Source: an uncultured Verrucomicrobiae bacterium
GTDB taxonomy: Bacteria; Verrucomicrobiota; Verrucomicrobiia; Limisphaerales; Palsa-1400
Length of the DNA stretch: 64,000 nt
Direction of reading: 5' to 3'
Assembly: GCA_963702845.1 (NCBI GenBank)
Contig: OY969763.1
Span: forward strand, 4,384,001-4,448,000
This document shows, one piece after another, positions 29,870 to 40,236 of this stretch. A program made the position numbers and the translations under genes. The notes under the pieces were generated by a model. The model worked only from the letters and a program-made list of their open reading frames with translations, made no database searches and had not been told where the DNA came from. The stretch's first letter is position 1. The number at the start of each line of letters is the position of its first letter.

Positions 29870-31951
29870 ATGTTCCTAGCCTCGAGCAAACTTCTCTTTC
29901 GTTCTTCCGTGTGCGCTTTGGTCACGTTGTGCGCCACCGTCGCCAGCGCCCACAATACCCTTCTGCCGCAACCACAGCAGGTGCAATTCGATGACGGCAC
30001 AATTTCCGTCAGCAAACTATCTATCCGTTACGCGATGAAACCGGATGCAGAGGATAAGTTCGCCGCGGACGAATTGGCGACGCGCTTGGGTAAAATTACA
30101 GGAACGGAATTTCCCTCGAAGAACCATGGCGCGCAAACGATCACATTACGTCGCACAGGCCAGGGCTCACCAGTTCCAATAAACAACGAATCGGTCGGCC
30201 CGAACTCACGCGAGGCCTACACGCTCAGTGTCAGCAAGAACGGCGCTGAAATTACCGCAGCAACGTCGGCCGGGCTTTATTACGGCGTTCAAACGTTAGT
30301 CCAACTCGTGGAGGACGCGGGTGGCAATGCCGTTTTACCATTTGTGCAGATTCATGATTGGCCGACTCTCGCTTACCGCGGGATGATGGGCGATTTCAGC
30401 GAAGGCGAATTGCTACGCGTTTCCGAGGTGGAGCGCCAGCTCGACACCCTCGCCCGATTCAAGGCCAACCAATATTACTTTTATTCTGAAGCCAGCATCG
30501 AGTTCGATGGCTATGAAGCGGTCAATCCTCTTGGCCGCTACTCCAAGGAAGACGTCCGCCACGTCATCGAATACGCGCGAAAACGCCACATCGACGTCAT
30601 TCCTTGCATGGAACTCTACGGGCACATGCACAACTTGTTCCGTTACGAGAAATTTGCCGATCTCGGTCTGCCGCGTTACGGCGGCGAGTTCGACCCGCGC
30701 AACCCGAAGATCTACGCCGTGATCGACAACTGGATCGAGCAGACGGCAAAACTCTTTCCGAGCGAATGGTATCACGTCGGGTTCGATGAGCCGTGGTCGC
30801 TCGGAAAAATCGGCGTCGTTCCCGGCAAAGATCCCTTCAAAACCTTTATGGACGTGCTGAACCACGTTTCTGAGAAGGCCCAGTCACACGGCAAGCGCGT
30901 CCTGTTTTGGGCCGACATCAACGAAGGCGCGAGCACTTTGTCGAAACATCCCGAGCTGATTAAAGCCATCCCGAACGGTGTCATCGCCTGCCCGTGGGTC
31001 TATGATCCGCACGACGATTATACACCTTGGGTCGAGCCACTGGCCAAAGTCAACGCGCCGACCATGGTCGCACCCGGCGTTTGGGCGTGGAACGAAATCT
31101 TTCCCGACTTCCACAAATCCTTTTTCAATATCAACGAGCTGATCGCGACGGGCCGTAAATTCCACACCCTCGGCGTCATCAATACGACGTGGACCGACAG
31201 CCGCCAGACTATTTACCGCCTGCAATTGCCGGGAATTGCTTTCGGCGCAGCAGCGTCGTGGCAAGCAGAGCGCGTAAACACCAACACGTTCTTTGCAGTC
31301 TATTGCTCCAACACCTATCCACCATCTGTTGCAGGCGAGGTTGCTCCAGCGCTCGAACAACTCTCCACCGTCGAAGAAATTTTCGAGAAAGTTTTGGCGA
31401 CCACATCGCAATCCGCTTTTTGGGCGGATCCACTCGCCCCAGGCCAACTCAAGAAGATCAAGGCGGGGGAACGAGAGTTGCGTCGTGCCCGCTTGCTCGC
31501 TGAAGCTGCCCAGAAACACCTGCAGCGCGCCATGGCGGCCTCAAACGATCCGACGCTCCACTCCTATCTCGTTTCCGCGCACATGTGTGATTACCTCGGC
31601 ATGAAATGCCTGTATGCGCTCGAATGGTCCGATTACTTCCAGCAGTTAAAGGAAAATCCGACGAAGGAACTGGTCTCGCTTTACATCGGTAACCAGATGA
31701 ATTCGACCACCTATGGGATGATCGGCGACCTGCAGGAATTCATCAGCGAGACTCGCGGCCAATATCGCGATGCCTGGCTCGATGAAGCCACGCCCTTCCG
31801 GCTGCAAAGCGCGCTCTATCGTTGGGACAACGAATGGCAATACTGGAACAGCGTGCGTCGCCTCGTTATCGAGAAGGTCCTGCATAGTTGGAAACCTGGC
31901 GAACCTTTCCCGCCACTTGAAACAATCCACCCCAAGCACGACAAGGAATAA
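29870..31951 (+). CDS. GH20-family beta-N-acetylhexosaminidase-like glycosidase, exported
   Basis: Signal peptide, GH20b domain (EAYTL, GLYYGVQTL, IHDWP..YRGMM), HVGFDE catalytic motif. Confidence 0.85.
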   Translation: MFLASSKLLFRSSVCALVTLCATVASAHNTLLPQPQQVQFDDGTISVSKLSIRYAMKPDAEDKFAADELATRLGKITGTEFPSKNHGAQTITLRRTGQGSPVPINNESVGPNSREAYTLSVSKNGAEITAATSAGLYYGVQTLVQLVEDAGGNAVLPFVQIHDWPTLAYRGMMGDFSEGELLRVSEVERQLDTLARFKANQYYFYSEASIEFDGYEAVNPLGRYSKEDVRHVIEYARKRHIDVIPCMELYGHMHNLFRYEKFADLGLPRYGGEFDPRNPKIYAVIDNWIEQTAKLFPSEWYHVGFDEPWSLGKIGVVPGKDPFKTFMDVLNHVSEKAQSHGKRVLFWADINEGASTLSKHPELIKAIPNGVIACPWVYDPHDDYTPWVEPLAKVNAPTMVAPGVWAWNEIFPDFHKSFFNINELIATGRKFHTLGVINTTWTDSRQTIYRLQLPGIAFGAAASWQAERVNTNTFFAVYCSNTYPPSVAGEVAPALEQLSTVEEIFEKVLATTSQSAFWADPLAPGQLKKIKAGERELRRARLLAEAAQKHLQRAMAASNDPTLHSYLVSAHMCDYLGMKCLYALEWSDYFQQLKENPTKELVSLYIGNQMNSTTYGMIGDLQEFISETRGQYRDAWLDEATPFRLQSALYRWDNEWQYWNSVRRLVIEKVLHSWKPGEPFPPLETIHPKHDKE

Positions 31952-31984
31952 GTGGTCGCGCAGCTTACGTCAAAAATATCACGG

Positions 31985-32100
31985 GAAAGTTGCATCTTCC
32001 TGCAACTTGTCGCTCCATCCTGCATTTTGTTGCATTTTTGGTGCAGATTAGTTGCAGTTTTTACGCATTTTCAAAGAACATCTCGGAGAAAGTTGCACTA
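31985..32100. repeat. Helically phased TGCA array
   Basis: TGCA at 31991, 32001, 32021, 32031, 32042, 32053, 32094, with CGCT/CGCA at 32011 and 32064. Confidence 0.8.
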
Positions 32101-32143
32101 TTTTGGCGATCCCCGATGCTGGCATGCACCGGCGGCTAAGGGA

Positions 32144-32172
32144 ATTATAGTTGTGAAGCAACGTTGTGTCAA
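32144..32172 (-). promoter_or_regulatory. Consensus sigma70 promoter (member of dispersed element family)
   Basis: TTGACA-caacgttgcttcacaac(17)-TATAAT on the minus strand, with boxA-like GTTCTTTGAAAA at 32079-32068. Confidence 0.82.
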
Positions 32173-32290
32173 TCGCTTGTAGTATTTGCGGTTGGTTTCG
32201 GGCTTCCGACGCACACACATCTGTCGGCTGTGGTTATTCTACGGCCATTTGTCGTGCGAAGTTACTGCGGACGTGGACGATCCGCACCCC

Positions 32291-32335
32291 AAAAAAATGC
32301 GCCCCGGTTTTCACCGGGGCGCAAATGGTTTTTTT
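32291..32335. terminator. Intrinsic terminator, probably bidirectional
   Basis: TGCGCCCCGGT-tttc-ACCGGGGCGCA with A7 on the left and a T tract on the right. Confidence 0.85.
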
Positions 32336-32349
32336 AGCCTAAGGCTAAG

Positions 32350-34405
32350 TTAGTTAATATCTCCACCTTGATTGATGCCATCAAAGATGTTGTTCAAGGC
32401 ATTCGCAACACGCCGATGACCACGGGCACTTGGCTTGCGCCGCCGCCAACAGTTGCGCGACGGTGTAGTTGGTGTTGTTGGTCAGGCCGAGCGCCGTTCC
32501 ATTGGAACCAACGTTAAAGGTCTTGGTGCCAGTGCCGCCAGGGCTGACGTTGAAACCATAAGGACCGGCCTTCGTGCCGCCAGACAGCGTCGTGCTGGTG
32601 ACATAATCAGCCAGCGCGCCAGCCATTACCTGGGCAATGGTCTTCGGGCTAGTCCCGTTGAAGTAAGTAACGAACTGCGCAGCGACTGTTTTATTGTTCT
32701 TGCCTAGGAGATTACCAAACAAGCACGGATAATTCGTCGCCAAATAGTTGCCGAGACCCGGCGAGGGCATTGCACAGATTAGCGCCTGACCGTTCTTATT
32801 CTGCCAGAAACCGATCGTCGCGGTATCACCATGGCCGAGCGGGCAGTTCGCGTTCGGGCGGACAATGACCTTGAAGTATTTAGTGGTGTGGTTGCCACAA
32901 CTGTCAGTCGCCGTTGCCGTGACAGTGTTCGTGCCAACGCAGAATTGGCTGCCGGACACTGGCGAGTAGGTGATTGTCACGCTGCCGCAATCATCCGTCG
33001 CGGACGCCGAGAACGTCACAGCCGTGCAAGTCGCGTTGCAAACATAGTTGGTGACGTCTTGCACTGTCAGACTCGGCGGTGTCGAATTGACCGTCCAGGT
33101 GATGTGTTGGACGCAGGTCGACTGATTGGTGCAACCATCAGTCGCCACATAGGTGATCGTGCGGGTGCGGCCGCAGCCACTGGAGCTGTCCACATACGAG
33201 TTGGTGACCGTCACGCTGCCGCAATCATCATACGCCGAAATCAAGCTGTTGGTGCCCGTCGGGATGCTGGTCGGATTGCAACCGAGGTATCGATCGTTTG
33301 CGCACTTCGTGATCGTCGGACCGGTCGTGTTGACGATCCAAGTGATGTGTTGGACGCAGGTCGATTTGTTGTTACATGAATCAGTGGCGGTATAGGTAAT
33401 GGTGCGCATGTGGCCGCAGCCGTCGGCAGAATCAACCGAGCCACAGGTAATCACCACACGGCCGCAATCATCGGTCGCAGATGCTTTGGTCAAGTCACAA
33501 TCAGGAATGTTCGTCGGATTGCAGCCGAGGTCCGTGTCGCCGGGGCAGAGGGTGAACAAAGGTGGGGTAGTATCCGCAGTCCAATAAATATGCTGCGTGC
33601 AGCTGGTGCTCAGGCCGCAATTGTCGGTCACAGTATAAACCAGGTCGCGTTCATGAACGCAGCCGGTCACGATATCAGGACCAGCAACGCCGCAAGTGAT
33701 GTTCGAAACACCGCACGACGCAGTGACTGCGATGGAATTCGTATCGCAGGAAGGGATGCTCTTGGGATTGCAGTCCAGATTGATGTCGCCGGCGCACTGG
33801 ATCGTGGGCGGCTGAAACTGCGGTGGTGTCAGGGTTAATTGTGAGTCGAAACTTGTCGTGCCAGCTCCATTGTGATGGATCTTGCCGGAAACGGTCATCG
33901 AATAAGGCGCCGTGATGCTGAACGTGCCGTTTGAGCTGCCGCTATAATTGTTTGATAATCCGGGGAAATCAGCAAGCATCCCGTTCGTCCCAAACGGCGT
34001 ATTGGCTGGATCCAGGAAGTATTGAAACTCCACTGTGCCCTCGCTGTTTCCACCGACCTCTGCATCCCACGTGCCGGATGTAGCAGTAAACCCGGTTTCG
34101 GTATACTCAAGCGTCAGGTCACCAGCACTTGCGGATTGACTCAAGGTGAACAAGTCCATGTATGGCTCGCCAGCAGTGGCACCTGCGGCAGGCTTGGTGA
34201 CACCGACCGTAACATCGAGAAACCAATTGGGTCCGACGGGGCCGTTGTAGACAACAGCGCCGGGATCAGTAGATTGGTCGTTGGCGTCACCGTCAGTGAC
34301 TGTGATTGTGGTGGTACCGTCCGACAACCGAAGCTGGGGAGTCGCAAACGTAGAACACGTAAGCGCCAGTAGAGTTGTCAACGCGAGGATTTGTGGATGT
34401 TTCAT
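32350..34405 (-). CDS. Secreted Cys/Thr-rich protein with tandem HYR-like Ig repeats; 1-nt frameshift near 32410
   Basis: Signal peptide, repeats of ATDDCG..ITC...RTITY.ATD.C.N.STCVQHITW, C-terminal TATIGFWQNKNGQALI domain. The tail VANALNNIFDGINQGGDIN* lies in a shifted frame. Confidence 0.82.
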
Positions 34406-34885
34406 ATAATAGTAGCGAGAGAGCGCAGGAGAACCCAATAGGGCCGATTGCGATGCTTCGTTAAACCGAGATGCTGTCTTTTTTTCGCCCTGTACCTGCT
34501 CAACGCCGCTCAGCTGATTTTGCCAAGTTGCTAAAAGTACGAATGGCCGTGCGAGCCTTAGCAGCTTCCATACCCAACTGATTTCTCGCCGCCCGATATA
34601 ATTGCAATCTATTTACAATAAACAGGTTGCCGCTTAAGCAAACAAATAGGGTGCGCTTGACAGCTCTCGAAGTGTGTTAATGTTTCCGACAAGATTCTGG
34701 ATTACCGACAATTCAGGCATTCCCTCAGTCAAATGCGGAGCTTGGTCCGAACGCTGGTGGAAAACTTACTTGATGCCCTTTCAAGAGAAGTGATGAAAAA
34801 AGTGCTGCATCGTGTGACCCGCTATTATTTTGACTGATTCAATTTCGTTGCCGGTGTCCGGTGACTCTGTTATCCATAGCGCGGT

Positions 34886-35551
34886 ATGAAATGGATGATT
34901 CCCCTCGCGCGGAACGCGGCAGTTTCCGGTTATGCAATTTTAACGTTTCTGCTGGTCACAGGCTGTCAGACAACCAACAGCAACTCGGCGGGAAGCACCG
35001 ACGGTGATAAGCTTCAAGAACTCCTCCGTGTGCAGTCAGGTGAAGTCCACACTAACACTTTTACGATTCGCGAAGGCGACGTTGTTCGTATCATCTTTCC
35101 CGGCGCTCCCAATTTAAGTACCGCCCAACTGGTTCGTCGCGATGGAAAAATTGAAATGCCTTTATTGGGGGAATTACAGGCGGCTAATTTCACCCCCTTT
35201 CAACTCGAACAAGATATCCTCAAACGTTACGGTAACCAGCTCTTGTCCAAGGAAGTCACCGTCACGGTTGATTCAGCCGCTTACGATGTGTTCGTCACTG
35301 GCGCCGTCATCAAACCCGGCAAAGTCTCCGCTGTTCGTCCGATTACCGCGCTGGAGGCAGTCATGGAATGCGGCGGCCCGGACTACGTGAGAGCCAACCT
35401 GAAGGCTGTTACCGTCGTCCGCCAGGAAAACGGTCGTTCGAAAAATTATCTGTTGAACCTGCGCGATATTTTAGACGGTAAACGCACGGAAACATTTTAC
35501 CTGAAGCCTTCCGACATCATCTACATCCGCGAGAGGTTCAACTGGTTCTAA
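34886..35551 (+). CDS. Wza-like polysaccharide export lipoprotein
   Basis: Lipobox VTGC, VRRDGKIEMPLLGE, VTGAVIKPG SLBB domain, LKPSDIIYI. Confidence 0.9.
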   Translation: MKWMIPLARNAAVSGYAILTFLLVTGCQTTNSNSAGSTDGDKLQELLRVQSGEVHTNTFTIREGDVVRIIFPGAPNLSTAQLVRRDGKIEMPLLGELQAANFTPFQLEQDILKRYGNQLLSKEVTVTVDSAAYDVFVTGAVIKPGKVSAVRPITALEAVMECGGPDYVRANLKAVTVVRQENGRSKNYLLNLRDILDGKRTETFYLKPSDIIYIRERFNWF

Positions 35552-35557
35552 GCAGCC

Positions 35558-36802
35558 TCAGGCCGCCTGCTGTCGTGCGCGCATCTGATTAGCGCGACGT
35601 TCCGCATACAGCCGGCAAACTTCATCGAACACTTGGTCCACCGAAATCTGCTGCATACAAACATTGTTGCGGCAGGTCGATTGCCGGTTGTTGTAAGCAT
35701 TGACGCACGGGCTGCACGAAAGCCCAGCCCACAACGCAACATTTCGTGGCGTTTGCGCACCGAATAAATGGGGCGTTTCCGGCCCGAATAGCGTCACCAC
35801 ATTGATGCTGGTGAGCGACGCGAAATGAGCCGGTCCACTATCGTTCGTCACCAAAATCTCGCACAAGGTATACAGCACCATCAACTGGCGCAGCGATGTT
35901 TTGCCTGCAAACACAACGCAGCGCGGCGATCCAATCTCGCGGACCAATGCCGAAATCGGCTCAGCTTCGTTCGGCGCGCCTGTGAAACCAATCTGCACTT
36001 CGGGAAATCGCTCCAACAATCGTCGCGCCAATTCCAGATAACGTTGGCGTGGCCATTGTCGCAGCGGCAATAGATCGCTCGCGTTCGGGTTCAGCAAAAT
36101 TACCGGCTTCTCAACCGTGCTCTGCGGAATCATTGCTTTAACAGACGCAATTTCCTCCGGTCGCACCGTAAAGGGCGGGAAACAATTCTCCGACGGTGGC
36201 GGTTTGAACCCGAGCGTTGGTAACTGCGTCGGATCAACTTTCAAACTCTCAACCAAGACCTGAAACATCGAGGTCGTATGCAGGTGCGGATTATAGAGCA
36301 ACCGATGCGTCATCAAATCGCCCCGATAAGGACCGGCCCCGTAGCGAGAATGAAAACCCACACGCGATTTCGCGCCGCTCAGGAGCGTGATCGCAGCCGA
36401 GCCGCGCGCGAAAAATTCCATATCAATGGCCGCATCCAGCTTGAGATTCCACATCCGCCGCATCGCTGCCAACGTGCTGCTGGTCAATGTCGCCATCGAC
36501 TTGGCCGAAATTGTAATGACGTTTTCCCGAGGAATCACTTCGAGTAAGTCGAGAATGAACCGGTTTTCATCAAAGCAGATGTAATAAACATTTTCTTTTC
36601 CAACCATCTGCACCGCGCGTTGCAACGCCGGATACGCGAGCACCGTTGAACCTTGTTCCGCAAGCTTAACGAAAAGAATGGAACGAACCGTCGCCGGCCC
36701 CGGCGCAGGGGCGCGCGTGAGCAACTTGCGAACGAACGTCAGCGCAAAGCACAGCGGCACGCCGAACCAGCGGTCGATCTTTTGCAGTGTTGGGACGTTC
36801 AT
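35558..36802 (-). CDS. GT9-family glycosyltransferase (heptosyltransferase-like)
   Basis: LNPNAS..RQWP, AGKTSL, VTNDSGPAHFA, LFGPE, CSPC. Confidence 0.9.
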   Translation of the reverse strand: MNVPTLQKIDRWFGVPLCFALTFVRKLLTRAPAPGPATVRSILFVKLAEQGSTVLAYPALQRAVQMVGKENVYYICFDENRFILDLLEVIPRENVITISAKSMATLTSSTLAAMRRMWNLKLDAAIDMEFFARGSAAITLLSGAKSRVGFHSRYGAGPYRGDLMTHRLLYNPHLHTTSMFQVLVESLKVDPTQLPTLGFKPPPSENCFPPFTVRPEEIASVKAMIPQSTVEKPVILLNPNASDLLPLRQWPRQRYLELARRLLERFPEVQIGFTGAPNEAEPISALVREIGSPRCVVFAGKTSLRQLMVLYTLCEILVTNDSGPAHFASLTSINVVTLFGPETPHLFGAQTPRNVALWAGLSCSPCVNAYNNRQSTCRNNVCMQQISVDQVFDEVCRLYAERRANQMRARQQAA

Positions 36803-36938
36803 TGTGCTTCAGGACAAATTACAAAATCAGCGGCACCGAATCCACGTTAATTCACGTGGATTCTTTCGCTGCCAGTTGCCGGTTGTCAGTTGTTGCGCGT
36901 TCTGTTACTCAACTACAAGCGTCAATCGCTGATCAGTC

Positions 36939-37553
36939 ATGCCTGCCAACGCTCCAAAAACAAACCTGCATCGCGGCGCTTTTTCGCTGATCGAGCTGAT
37001 GCTCGTTGTGCTCATCATCAGCATCCTGACCATCCTATCACTGGGAAAACTCAACGGCACGAGCCGCGATAAAATCAAAGCTCAATGCCAGAAAAACCTG
37101 CAGACGATGTATCTATCGTTGAGCATCTACGCCAACGACAACAAAGGCGCTTTTCCAGTCGTCAAAGCCGCCACGAGTTCTGAACAACCACTCAGCATTC
37201 TTGTGCCGAAGTACACCACAGTGACCGAAATGTTTATCTGCCCGGGAAGTTCTGATCGCGCCTTGCCCGAGGGCGAATCCTTTGCGCGACGCCGTGTCAG
37301 CTACGCCTATTATATGGGCATCACCACCAACGACGGTCCCGACACCGTGATCGTCTCAGACCGCCAGGTGGACACATTGCCCAAGCGCATGGGCCAGCAG
37401 CTCTTCTCGAGGGACGGCAAGAAACCCGCCGATAACCATGGCAAATATGGTGGTAATTACATTACGCTCAACGGCGAAAGCGCGAGTTCCGGGCCGACGG
37501 CGAAACGCGATTTCCTGTTCGATACCAACATCGTTTTATTAAATCCGCGATAA
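36939..37553 (+). CDS. Prepilin-type N-terminal cleavage/methylation protein (pseudopilin-like)
   Basis: GAFSLIELMLVVLII, CQKNLQ, FICPGS, NHGKYGGN (H-X9-DG-like). Confidence 0.85.
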   Translation: MPANAPKTNLHRGAFSLIELMLVVLIISILTILSLGKLNGTSRDKIKAQCQKNLQTMYLSLSIYANDNKGAFPVVKAATSSEQPLSILVPKYTTVTEMFICPGSSDRALPEGESFARRRVSYAYYMGITTNDGPDTVIVSDRQVDTLPKRMGQQLFSRDGKKPADNHGKYGGNYITLNGESASSGPTAKRDFLFDTNIVLLNPR

Positions 37554-37554
37554 A

Positions 37555-39957
37555 ATGCTGATCAAACTCAATTGCCAATGCGGCACGCGCTTCTCGTTTG
37601 ACGTGGAGCCCGTCAACGGTCGAATGCCGATCAAAGTCGCATGTCCGAGTTGCGGTGCCGATGGAACTGAAGCAGCCAATGAACTGATCGCCAAAGTCGC
37701 GCCCGCCGAGCCAACCGCTGCCCCAAAACCGCAGTTCGCCATTCTTTTGGAACCCGCCGCATCAACTGGCGCCACGGCACCGTCGTCTCTCGTTCCCGAG
37801 CCTCCCAAGGCCTCGAAGCCCAAGCTGCGCGTCAGTGGCGGCACCCATGCCGCCCCGCCAGTGGCATCTGCGGCAGCAACTGCACCGGCGCCAGCGGGTG
37901 AAATGTGCAATCGTCACTTCGACAAACCGGCATCCGCCCATTGCACCGTCTGCAAAAAGCCAATCTGTCCGGAGTGCATGTCGGTGTTTGGTTATCTCTG
38001 CTCGGTCAATTGTCGTTACCAGGCCGAGCAACAGGGCATCCGAGTGCCCGTTTACAAATTCCAGAAGCGCAGCGTTGAAGCGCGCCAGTTTCGCAAAGGC
38101 GCGCTCATCACCGTCAGTGTCATCGTCGTGATCTTCGGTTTGATTGCCGCCTGGTATTGGTACGATTTCACGGGCTCGAAGCCGAAGCTGAATTACACCT
38201 TGAAACTTGGCAGTGACCGGCAGGTGCACTCACAATTCCTCGCCGAAAACCAGCTCCTAATCGTTTCATCCGACCGCGCCTACCTGCACGACTTCAAATC
38301 GGACAAGGACGTTTGGTCAACCGACCTCAAAGATGCGCCGCGACCCAAGCCCCAAGCCAACGTCAGTCAGGACGACACGTCCGCATCGGTTAACGCTGGC
38401 CAGGCAAAAACAGCCACTCAACTCGCGCGCAATGTCAGCGGCGCGCTGGGTGGCCGATACGCGTCCGCCACTGCAACCAAAACCACAGCAGCAAAACCCG
38501 CTGCAAAAGTTACAAAAGCGGCGGCAGCAACCTCGGATGACAGCGAACCGGCCGCCAACAGTGATGAAGATTCGAGCTTCGGGTTTAATAGCTATTCCGA
38601 TTACGGTCGCCCCCACGTTTTCGTCGACACGGAGAACATCTGGGTTTGTTTCAATACCCGCCTCAAATGCCTCGACCGCAAAACCGGTGAGGTGAAAAAG
38701 ACGATCCCTATTGATGGTCGACTCGTCCAGTTTACTCCGACCGACGCAAACATACTTTTGGTCACTGCTCCCAGCGCCACACATCGATTGTTGACGCGGA
38801 TCGAAATACCTTCAGGAAATCTCACGACGAACGAAGTCATTGTCCCGCGTCCAACCACGAAACGCCTCAAGGGCGAGTTGCCGGTCAGCGTGGCCCCCAC
38901 TGCGAACGTCTTGCTCCATCAGGAATTGCAGGACCGCGAAAATTATCGACCGCAGGTGATTCAAACGAGCAGCGAGTTTTTTGCGTCCGGCGATAATCTC
39001 GTCGAATTGCGTGTCCGCCTAGTCACGCCCAAAAGCACCGCCGTCGACACAATGAAGAAGAAGGGACCGACAATTATCAACGGCCAACTCAGCGCCTCCA
39101 CCAGTACCAAAGCTGTTGCCGAAGAAATTTTCAATGACCTGAAGCGCAGCAACACCGGCGGCTTCAAGACCGTGGATGAAAGCACTTACCTCGTCACCTT
39201 GCGCCGCTACTCTGGCAAAGATCAAAGTGACTTCACGAACAACGTCATTGGCGTGCCGCTCTTTTTCGCGTTCAAAACCGTTGATGTCATCGTCGCCAAC
39301 AAACATCTCATTGGGTTCGACAAGCAAAACAAAAAGCTTTTCGAAGCGACTCTCAGCTACGGTTTGTCCGATGCGTATCTTGAGCACGACACCCACACCG
39401 CTGCGCCCGCCGTGGAAATGGACAATGTGTTGTATTTTTACGATCAAGGCTTGCTCACCGCATTCGAATTGCCGACCGGCAACGTTCGTTGGCGTTTGCC
39501 GAGCGCTGGCATCTCGTCTGTGCAAGCCGATGCCAAAGGCATGCTCTACATCAACACCAGTTCCGCCGCACCTGAAGACATCCAGTATTCAGACCAGATC
39601 AAAATGGACAAGGTCGACGCCATCCTCCTGAAGGTCGACCCGAAGAGCGGCAAAACGATTTGGAAGTCTGTGAATCACGGCCAGCAATGCTTCTTCGACG
39701 GCAAGTATCTCTTCACCACGAGTTCGTTTATCGGCGGCCTCGGGCTCGGCAATGCGTTGCGCGATGCTTTGGACATGGCCACCAGTGGTCCGTCCTATTT
39801 TCATATATACCGACTGGATCCGGATAACGGCGAGTTGATCTGGGATTACGGCAAAAACAAAGACGGCACACCCTCCGAGATCGATTTCCAAAAGAACAAA
39901 ATCGCACTCAATTACGGTGACGAAGTTCGGGTTCTAAAGTTCCTGCAACTTTTTTAA
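37555..39957 (+). CDS. Membrane-anchored protein: zinc ribbon + B-box-like Cys/His domain, TM, PQQ-like beta-propeller
   Basis: CQCG..CPSC, CNRH..HCTVCKKPICPEC..CSVNC, one TM helix, repeats LD..TG/SG..W. Confidence 0.75.
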   Translation: MLIKLNCQCGTRFSFDVEPVNGRMPIKVACPSCGADGTEAANELIAKVAPAEPTAAPKPQFAILLEPAASTGATAPSSLVPEPPKASKPKLRVSGGTHAAPPVASAAATAPAPAGEMCNRHFDKPASAHCTVCKKPICPECMSVFGYLCSVNCRYQAEQQGIRVPVYKFQKRSVEARQFRKGALITVSVIVVIFGLIAAWYWYDFTGSKPKLNYTLKLGSDRQVHSQFLAENQLLIVSSDRAYLHDFKSDKDVWSTDLKDAPRPKPQANVSQDDTSASVNAGQAKTATQLARNVSGALGGRYASATATKTTAAKPAAKVTKAAAATSDDSEPAANSDEDSSFGFNSYSDYGRPHVFVDTENIWVCFNTRLKCLDRKTGEVKKTIPIDGRLVQFTPTDANILLVTAPSATHRLLTRIEIPSGNLTTNEVIVPRPTTKRLKGELPVSVAPTANVLLHQELQDRENYRPQVIQTSSEFFASGDNLVELRVRLVTPKSTAVDTMKKKGPTIINGQLSASTSTKAVAEEIFNDLKRSNTGGFKTVDESTYLVTLRRYSGKDQSDFTNNVIGVPLFFAFKTVDVIVANKHLIGFDKQNKKLFEATLSYGLSDAYLEHDTHTAAPAVEMDNVLYFYDQGLLTAFELPTGNVRWRLPSAGISSVQADAKGMLYINTSSAAPEDIQYSDQIKMDKVDAILLKVDPKSGKTIWKSVNHGQQCFFDGKYLFTTSSFIGGLGLGNALRDALDMATSGPSYFHIYRLDPDNGELIWDYGKNKDGTPSEIDFQKNKIALNYGDEVRVLKFLQLF

Positions 39958-40236
39958 CCACCCTGAAGTCCGTCGATCCCCTCGGCGTCTTTCGCGCTCG
40001 TCAGACAGGCTCGCGTCCGCAACGAAACTATTTTCATGTTTCGAAACATTTCGCGTGACAGCTCGCCATGTGAAGGTTTAAAAACGACGAAACCCAACCT
40101 AAATGCGCGCGCACGCATTTCCACGCAGTGGGTCACAAAAGCTAAGCGCAATTCTTTTGCCCTGCTCCTTTCTCTCAGCCCCTCTGTCACAAACATCAAC
40201 CATAAAACCAAAGTCTGCGTCCCTCCAGGTAATCAT

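Noticed and set aside
34480..34590. c-di-GMP-II-like riboswitch upstream of the secreted HYR-like gene
   Set aside because: GGAAGCTG..CAGCTGAGC on the minus strand is reminiscent, but the pseudoknot pairing is not evident. An Infernal search would be needed.
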